The notes beneath the pieces are model-generated. The model searched no databases. It worked only from the letters and a program-made list of their open reading frames with translations, and had not been told where the DNA came from. A stretch of 64,000 nucleotides of DNA from Takakia lepidozioides (taxonomy: Eukaryota; Plantae; Bryophyta), in NCBI GenBank assembly GCA_030704615.1, contig CM060733.1, positions 28,954,001 to 29,018,000 on the forward strand, written 5' to 3'. Positions 25,709 to 34,576 of the stretch are shown here, piece after piece (within the stretch, counting starts at the first letter, position 1; each line of letters opens with the position of its first letter). The translations under genes were made by a program, and so were the position numbers.

Positions 25709-26563
25709 CTTCCTTCCTCGCGTACGTTTGTACCTTGCTATCGCAGATCTAGTGTAAATCGGTTTACTGATGTCTCCAGAACACAGTTGAAGAATGAGCA
25801 GAGAATATGGCGGAGGAAGCTCAGACAACGACTGTGCATATTATGTTATTCTTTCCAGATATGCAGCCGTCCATTTTAATTACTTTTCTTGTGGGCCCAG
25901 TGGTCAGAGTATCCCTAGGAGCAGTGTCGGCAGCTGTTAAACCGTTAACCAGAACCTCATCAATAAACCCAATAACAAAGCCGACTTCCTGGAAGCATGC
26001 CACAGGATCTGAGGATGGGATTGCAGATTAAGTAAATGTATCTTTATACTACTACCAATGATCATGCGCACCTGGAAAGTTCCAAATGTGAAACGAATGT
26101 GGGGTTTGGCTAACAAGGATGACCGTGTATGATATTCCAAGATTTGTCATCAAACTCTCGTTCATTTACATTTATTTGTGTAAGACTGTGCGCCAAGATT
26201 TCTGGGATTCGCTGTTATTTTTAAATATTGAAACCGTTCTAATAAAGAACACGCCGTTTATTTTGGGCGACACACGTCAGACATCCATAACTGAATACGA
26301 ACAGCTGTACACCAATTGCTGGCATGTGCACTAATAAGGGAACGACTATGTGTAACGGTCACGCGAGAGGGAATCCGATGCTTCTAGAGACACGCAAGAA
26401 CGCAGGCAATCCCGCAAGAAATCGGGAGTCACTGCGTTTTTCTACTTTTCGCGCTTAGAGAGAGAGTGGTAGTCAAGCTGAGAGGGTTCCTTCTACAATA
26501 CGAAAGAGAAGAAAGTCTCTTTATTTTACTTCCCTTAGAGAGAGACGCAGAGCAAGAGAGCAA

Positions 26564-29500
26564 ATGACGAGGCGTCGTTTGTTGGAGAACACAGGGCCAA
26601 GGCAGCAGGTGAACGCGGAGACTGATTCAGAAGAGCAGACGGAGACTGAGGCAGCGACTGTGACACAGTCGGCGATAAGAGTGCGCCAGCCTGTGGATGC
26701 AGAGATGATTCGCAGGGACACTGAAGGAGGTGGAAGCACGCGGAACGCCGAACCGGGAGAAGGTCCGGAAACCCTAGAGCAGACAGAAATTCCAGCAGAT
26801 GTGAGAGGGAAGAAGAAAGCTGCAGAAGGGGATCCAATTTCAAAACCTAAGAAGGCGCCAGTAAGTTTTATCTAACTTACATTTCATTGTTGAAGATATG
26901 CGTAGAGATTGAGTGGAATGTCCCAGACAGGGATTGTCGCTACCAACCATCACAAAGGTGATTTGCTTTCTACTCCTCTGCTAAGGGTTTACCGCACAAT
27001 GAGTGGGTGACTATCGGTACAGTCATTCACTGTTGTTCAGATCATACAGTCTGTCTGATTGCCTTTCAAGGAGTCCTTCCTCTTCCCTTCTTTAGCAGCT
27101 ACTGAATTGCGAGCGTCGTTAACGCCATTCGATTCTCCTCATGAGATTTATGTACCTATGTGTTTGAAGAGAGAGTGAGGGTCGGCATACCGTCAATCAT
27201 TGTTGTTCAGATCATACAGTCTGTCTGATTGCCTTTCAAGCAGTCCTTCCTCTTCCCATGCTGGCGACGGTAATCACAGTGGAGTCAATCTGAATAATCT
27301 GCACTTACTGTCCGCCCTAAACTATACTGAATGTCGTTGCCGCCAATCACTTACACATAGATGTCATTACACAACACCGATCCGGCAGGTCGTTATCTTT
27401 TGTGATTGTCGTTAACGCCGTTCGCTATCGCTCTCGCTTTTGTTTTGAATACGGCAGTATCAGCTTTGCTTGTGTAGATTGTGCTGAATTGTTTCACACC
27501 ATTCATAGTGAGTTTCTTTGAGACAGAGTGATGGTCGTTACCGCCATTCACTATTTGCAAATTACTCAGTCAGAACTGAATGGCATCGTGCAGAAAACTG
27601 TGAGGTCGAAGCCTACAGGATCAGAGGGGAAAAGATCTGGAGATGGGGACGAGTCCGGAAAAAGCTCAGAGAATACAGATGAAGCAGATGAATCTGAAGT
27701 GCACTACCTTGACAAGGTGAAAGAACTCATGTCATTCCAGAAGGTAAACTCTCAGGAGGTTATAAGGGACATGCTCGTATCTGGAGGGCGTCTGGACATC
27801 CCTCTGTGCCGGATGATATCAATGCCTGTTGTGCGTCCACCTCTTTCCCATGACATAACAAAATTGGAGAGTGATTTTGTGCATGGATATAGACTTGGTG
27901 CACAAGTTTTTTATGTGTCACTGACGGATATAAATGGGAAAAGCACATTAGTGTCTCCAGAGATCAGTGATAACTGGGATGAGTGCTGGAAAGATGCCAA
28001 TGAGGAGTTCGAGCTGGGCCTCATGATGGGAAAGAACACCCAGCAATTCTGCAACCACATGTTCTACGTCTGGGACGGCAACCACCGATTGCTGGCATGG
28101 ATGGGATACATTCGAAAACACCATGCGAAAGACAAAGACAAGCATGTTGTTGTGGAGGCAATGGTTTTGGATCCTGGAAACGACATCGCTAGGCTTCTTA
28201 CAGCTATGCACGACGTGAACAAGTAAGTCATCCAGGAGATTTCATTCCCTCTGTAGTGTCTTATTAATCCCAAAAAACAGTGTTAAGGAATGCAATGTTT
28301 CCAATGTTTTTGCAGATCGACAGAGAAATCGCATGTGACAACAAGCTTGGTTCACACACTATTCCGAATTCAGAGGATTGGTCTGATGAAGCTGGATGAT
28401 TTTCGGACAGTACTACCACCCAATATCATCAAGAAGTGCGAAACAGGAAGAGCTGCAGGCACTTGGTATTCTTTGACACGAGAGGCGTTTCTGGAGTACA
28501 TGTATGCGGTAAGCCCGAGTCTGTACTCAGTTTACTTTTCGAATACATGTTTGTAGTCCCTTCGGTGCTAATCACTACTTGAATCAATGCAGCAAGAACT
28601 GGCAGAGGCAGCTGAGAAGGGAAAATCCGAATATTACCACACCACACCAGAGGAACTAAGGACATCAAAGGGTGTGGAAGCTGCAATAAAGAAGGAGTTT
28701 GAAATGCGAAGAACCAAATTGATGTCCGCCTTCGGAAAGCAGCTTAGAATAGTAGATCCTGGACTTGGTTCTGAGTTCCTTCAGCAGATCAAAACACACT
28801 ATGACAAGCATGTGCATCCGGAGATGCAGCAGGAGAAATTGCACCGGCTGGCCATATCGATGGTCGACCCACAAACAAAAATAAGGTGGCTGGAGATATG
28901 GAACTCAGATCAAACAGTAAAGGACTTGAATCAGTTCCCAAAGAGCACCATACAGCCTGGCACAAAGGTGGAAGGAATCAGTGATTTGGTGTTTGATAAC
29001 TGGCTCCACAAGGCTACATTTTGGAGTCAGGTGTGTATTCAAAATGCTGTTTTCTTCTCTTCAAGTATGTGATGAGTATTTTATTTGCAATTCTGACAAA
29101 TATACAATTTGCAGCTCGAAAAGCGCGCCGTCATTGTGCTGGATCAGACTTTGAAGGATCTGAACATTTCGATTGTTTCGCCTCCCCAAATGTCATTGGA
29201 GGCATACATAAGGAAGTGGAGAGGTCTCACCTGGAGATATTATTTTTTTCCGGGAGTTCTCCAAAGATGGTAACATTTTACGGTCCAACGACTTTGACAG
29301 TCAGGTTGGAGGAGAGTGGGCCATGATGCGAGTTGTTTACAGGTGCAATGTCATACTTGAAACTCTACTGCTTTTTTTGGGAAAAAATGTGGCTTCATAA
29401 GGATTGCAATCATAGATCCAGATTGAATGTCGTTGACGACATTCACTTTTTTGTCTGAGTCATTCTTAAGCGAGTATATGAATTCACCTGGTTCTAAGGG

Positions 29501-32500
29501 TGTAATTATAGTGTCCTTGATTAGAATTGATAATGTCCTTGAATGGCGTTGACGACATTCACAACCGGAGTTGTTGAGAGGTCCTCAGAGTTATGTAAAT
29601 TTTTGTAATGTCCATAAGGTTACAGTGAGGGTTCCTCACTTCATTTTGCTGAATGTCAATGCAGACATTCAGTTGTTCTGCATTGTTTTTGCCTCTTGCG
29701 AGGAATCTGAAGGCTTGATAAGCTCTTTTATGAGAAATCCAAAGTGAATGTCGTTGACGACATTCACTTCTGTGTCTGTATTATTCACCAGCGACAATTT
29801 GAATTTACATGGATTGGGAGCTAAGTAATTGGTTCCTTGTTGGTATTTTTGTGAATGGCGTTGACGCCATTCACATACAGTGTTGTTGTGAGGTCCTCAG
29901 TGATATGTTCGTTATGAATGTGCATTGAGTTTTCCGGGAGGGTTCCTTACTCGAGTTTATGATTTCCATCCTGTGATTTTGCTTCATTTGAGGAATAATT
30001 AGGCTTGATTAGGAGTGTATTCACAAATCCAAAGTGAATGTCGTTGACGACATTCTCTTCTATGTCTGTGTCATTCCAAAACGATAGTTTGCATTCACCT
30101 GGATTAGGGTGTATTTACAGTATCATTGAATGGAATGTTTTGAATGGCGTTGACGACATTCACATCTGGAGCAGTCGTGTGGTCCTGAAAGGTCCTTGGA
30201 GCAGTTCTGAGAGCCATTTCAATCTATGTTTTTTTCATTCTGTTCTACTTGCATCTTACTCACTGAGCCCTTTTGTGGGTTGGGATTTATCTCCTTTTTT
30301 TCAGGTACACGAAATATGTGCTCATGGAAGGAAATCACCTGAGCGGAATTCCAGACTATCTTGACATGTGGTCGGACCCTGCAAACGATCCAACCATGTA
30401 TACTGCAGGGATATTGAAGGACTGGAGTCCTTCTCACTTCAGAGACTGTGGGTGGTACCTTGACTGCCCACCGGAGCACACGACCTTTCAAGAACAGCAT
30501 ATGAAATACTTGAACAATAACGCTGAGATGCTGGCGCCTTTGACTGACGAAGAGTACCAACGAAACATAGCAACATTGGCTGCCAAGGAGCCTGATGCTC
30601 AGGGAACGCCGCAGAAGGGAAAGAAGGCGGGCCGCAAACCAAAAGACAAGGCTGTTGATGTCATAGCCATCTCACCAGCAAGCCAAAGGACAAAGACAAG
30701 TCCAAAGAGAAGGAAAATGACAAGGGGAAGGAGAAAGAAAAGGAGATGGAGAGTGGGCATGACTTTACTGCTGGAAGATATACCCGCACTGTTCAGTGCG
30801 TGTTCGATGCCAAGCCACACCCTTCCCGTTCTGATTCGGCAAGAGAGATGAAAATTGTTAATGAGGGTTGGCTGTCGATGATGCAGAGTCGAAAGAGATG
30901 ATACACTGGGGTGCCTTCGCCTACCTGGGACAATATAATCTCATTCCTCAATCTGGTGAGAATTCCAGTTTCTTTCCTTTTTCTCTGAAAGTTTCGTTGG
31001 CAGTATTTCAGTCTCGTTCTTTGAAAACATTCTTGCCATCGTTCTTATAAAAAACATGTCTGTTGCAGGTGAGCACAGGTCCCACCTTCGTGTGCGGTGT
31101 GCAGAAAACTTATGCGGCCGACATTGTCATTCTCGACATCCCGGATGGTCAGGCTGTGCCAGAAGTTCTTCCAAAGAGCAAGACGCCAGGCTGAAACAAA
31201 TTCGAGGACAACTACTGGAGTTGGGTGTTCGGGTTCTGTAATAACTTCCTCTCTGATGCAGGGACACTTCTGCTTTTTCAGTCATGTGACAATGATAGTC
31301 GTCGGGCATTGGCATCATACCTCAAGTCTTCAGGGTTTGAAGTTTTGCGCACATGGAATTGTGTGAACAGCCTCTATATTGTGAAAGGGGGTTTCCCTGG
31401 TCAGCTGGTATGTCGTCTGCCTTCTGCTTGTGCTTTCATGATGAGTTTCAATGTTCTCTGCAGCTCCACTCTAGTAGAATCTGTTATGATCGACACCGAT
31501 CATCACCGATCATCACCGATTCGTGATAAAAATGATTTTATTGTGTCTGAGTTCTGAATAGCCGATGTACACACTTCCACTATAGATTGTGTTTACCACA
31601 CTAACCTGCTATATTTGGCAGACGAGGATGTTCAAGGCGATCTACCTGCGGAGGATTCGCACCTCAAAGACACCATCCTCCATCCGCAGCTTTGAGATTT
31701 CTGACCAGGGTTGTTTCGTCAACCCCCCCTATGAGCCCCATGTCGATGACATTTTGTACAACTTCATGCAGTCCAGTCAGACTCTGAAGAGACCAGATAG
31801 CACTCCCTGGAGAGGTGCAAAGGAAAAGTCCCCAGCGTTCATGCAAATACTGCTGGAGTCATGCAGCCACCGCTCTGCACGGGTGGTCGATCTTTCTGTG
31901 TCCACAGGTTCGTTCTTTCCCTTCCGAATTGGTTTTCTTTCAACAGTTTCATCTGCTTAAATCCCCCCCACCAAACTGTTCATGTCCTCCTGTCTGGTGC
32001 AGGAGCAACTTACCATGCATGCAAGGGAGGCGGAAGAAGCCTTTTTGGCATGGAGGGTGATTCTGACCTCTACAACACAGTGCTCCTCCCCATTTTGTCT
32101 GGCTCCACTTCAGGCACACAGACTGATCGGATTCAAATTCGAAATGATGACGATCCCGAAGATAAGCAGGTCGACAACGACTTTTCATGTAAGTAAGTGC
32201 TAAACCCTCTTTGGGAGCCATACTCAATTTCTCAATAACATCAAAGTTACAGTAATAACTTTTTCAGGTTGTCTTTCAGGAAAGGCAGCGGTGGATCTTC
32301 AGGAGATACAGTCATTTCTGGCGAGTCTGTTTTCGACAGCCCCCTTTCCAATTTTCTGCTTCCTGTTTATGCCGAAGCAATGGCACTTCACGCGGCCGAG
32401 TCCCTATCCCCTGACTTTTTAGTGGCCAGCTGTAGGTGTATCCAGCGTGGATCCGGTGTTCTAAAATACTTAGACTTAGATGCAGAGGAAGCGGGGATAC

Positions 32501-32526
32501 ATTGTACTGACTCTGAGTCAGACTGA
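26564..32526 (+). CDS. Transposon-borne spliced gene: ParB/Srx-like domain plus beta-class N4/N6 DNA methyltransferase-like domain (this copy disrupted)
   Basis: Proposed exons 26564-26860, 27594-28222, 28316-28508, 28593-29030, 29115-29342, 30305-30955, 31069-31407, 31622-31907, 32003-32192, 32268-32526, GT-AG. ParB signature FYVWDGNHRLLAW at about 28062-28100. MTase motif IV region ADIVILDIPDG (31117-31149), then Y..W...NFLSDAGTLLLF, then KEKSPAFMQILLESCSHRSARVVDLSVSTGATYHACKGGGRSLFGMEGD (motifs X, I, II). Frameshifts near 29245 and 30675; TGA at 30898 and 31192. Confidence 0.78.
26930..27551. repeat. Degenerate palindrome array in intron 1, plus a 57-bp direct repeat
   Basis: Copies related to GAATGTCGTTGACGACATTC at about 27009, 27111, 27329, 27404 and 27530. 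Direct repeat 27031-27087 / 27201-27257. Confidence 0.6.
29424..30163. repeat. Array of seven 20-28-bp palindromes inside a roughly 300-bp higher-order tandem repeat (intron 5)
   Basis: GAATG[T/G]CGTTGACG[A/C]CATTC at 29425, 29541, 29746, 29853, 30036 and 30142, with a centre variant at 29651. Confidence 0.92.
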
Positions 32527-33084
32527 ACTATATTCTTTTAATATTCATTTTCATACTATCTGGAAAACGTTGAATCCCCTTCCTCCACCGTAGTTGTTCC
32601 TTTAGAACAAATAATAATCACATAATCAACTTTCATTTAAATTGCAATATGTATGAATCCATCTCACAAACCTCCCTGACTCTTCTCATATCCATTGTGC
32701 ATTCATCTACAGTGTATTCATGCGTGTTCCATTCATGAATTTTTTCCTTTGTTCAACATCCATTGTACATTCATCCTCTGTACTCTTTAATCCACCCCAC
32801 AAACCTTCCACACTCATTTCATATACGTTGTGCATTCGTCAAAAGTTTTGGTCATGCATCTTCCTGTCATGAATTTTTGTCATTCCTCAACATCCATTAT
32901 ACATTCATCCATTTTACTCTTATCCATCCCTCATTCATCCATCTACATTCATTTTTCACACTCATCCATCTGTTTATCATCCAACTGTACATTCATCCAT
33001 CCTTTATTCAATGCCTTTTATTATGTCGTCCAGCTTTTTCCGCGGTAAAGGGTGCCAATCCGCGGGAATACACTCCACTTCTTT

Positions 33085-33202
33085 CTGGGCGCGTGGTGAC
33101 GTGGAGTGAGCCCCATGACGTGGCATTTGCGCAAGGTGACGTGGCGTGAGCGCTGTTGCGCTCACGCGCTCACGTGACCAGGCTCACGCCGAGGCATCCC
33201 TG
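33085..33202 (-). repeat. Right TIR and subterminal motif array
   Basis: TGACGTGG x3 and GCTCACG x3, ending ...GCTCACGCCGAGGCATCCCTG. Confidence 0.8.
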
Positions 33203-33211
33203 GAAATATTG

Positions 33212-34576
33212 TCTTCCTGAATACATTAGAAGAGTTCTTTGAGGACAATTATTCAGAGGAAGCCAAGATACAGACAGCTGCTCTACAGCTCCGTGATGCC
33301 GCCAAGCTATGGTGGTCGCGCCAGAAGCAGGAACGCCGTGAACACAAGAAACCACTGTGGATAGTTGGGCTATGTTTAAGACACTGTTCTTAGCCCACTA
33401 CCTACCTGGCGACTATGCACACAAGATGAAAGTTGAGTTGTTCAGGCTGAAACAGGAGACTATGAGCATGGGAGAGTTTAAGACGAGATTGAAACCCATG
33501 CTAGTTATTTCCCCTCGTTGAGTGAAGAGGACATAGTTGATTTTTTTGTTGATGGCCTCAGTGATTCTCTCAAATTTAAGGTCAAAGCCCACAACCCTCG
33601 TACCGAGGCAGAAGCATATCGTTTGGCCTGTAATTTTGAGAACGAAGTGAGGGCACAACGTTCTTCGAATTTTGCTCGTGGCACGGCAGAGTTCAAGCCT
33701 AGATCATCTGGTCCTTGGCAGTCACCAGCGAAGAGAGGGAATTGGAAGAGGTTTAAACCAGTTAAGAAGGTGGGGTATCAAACTATACGGGGACCGCCAA
33801 TGAGGGCTTCTCCAAGGCTCAGTTTCAAAGAGCAGGAAGAACACATGCGTAAGGGTTTGTGTTTCTTGTGCCATGAACCCGGACACAGAGCTGCTGAGTG
33901 TATGAAGTACCCGAATAATCGTCAGGCTCGACAGACAGCCGCCTTGACAGTTGAAGGACCTACAGAACCTTGTGCGGTTGTTGAAATTGGGGAGAAGTTA
34001 GGACAAGAAAGAGGGAAAGGTCCTAACGTGCGGGTTTCTGCAGCTATCATTGGAGACCAAATAGAGCATGACCCCAATGTGATACGGGTTCAGGGGAGAG
34101 TGGCTGGAATTCCCACTCAAGTGCTGATTGATACAGGCAGCACTCATAACCTGTTGTCAAAGGATTTTGCTGACAAGTTGGGACTAGTTCAAGAAGACAT
34201 GCAACCCTGTCAAATCTTGTTACCAGATGGTGGCGTGGATTCTACGCACAAACACATCCCAAGGGTACCGATGGTCATGCAAGGAGTACAAACTATGGCT
34301 GACTTTGAGGTCTGGGAGGGAGCTCGGTACGACTGCATCCTTGGCATGCGGTGGCTGGATCCGGTTGATGCTGTGGTGGCTTGCAAATCCGGACTGGTTA
34401 GTGGTACCTTGCCCAACGGGAAGGGATTCCATATCAAAGGTACTAGAGCTCTTCCCAATGTACCTGTCTTGTCAGCTATTCAGATGAGGAGATGTATGCG
34501 CTTTTTACTGTTAGCTTGCATGAGATCTTGGAAACAAATCAGGGAGAAGGGAAGTCACATCCCAGACTTAGCCTGA
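33212..34576 (+). pseudogene. gag C-terminal part, zinc knuckle and aspartic protease
   Basis: CFLCHEPGHRAAEC (CX2CX4HX4C) and VLIDTGSTHNL; 1-bp frameshifts near 33340 and 33490. Confidence 0.92.

Larger units (their letters stand above)
21778..33202. mobile_element. Mutator-like DNA transposon (about 11.4 kb) with two divergent genes
   Basis: 9-bp TSD GAAATATTG at 21769-21777 and 33203-33211 (a 10-bp reading GGAAATATTG is also possible). Imperfect TIRs: CAACGACGCAATGGCGTGAGC versus reverse complement CAGGGATGCCTCGGCGTGAGC. Encodes a MULE-type transposase. Confidence 0.9.

Noticed and set aside
29424-30163. CRISPR-like array (palindromic repeats with spacers)
   Set aside because: Spacers are 75-160 bp and homologous to each other in a higher-order repeat, the array is in a spliceosomal intron, and no cas genes are present.
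1-32526. Functional link between the sperm-tail gene and the MTase cargo (sperm 4mC analogy)
   Set aside because: The cargo arrived by a recent nested insertion more than 20 kb away, so proximity is not evidence.
34492-34576. Programmed gag-pol frameshift
   Set aside because: The overlap falls between protease and RT with no clear slippery site, and the element has other indels, so a lesion is more likely.
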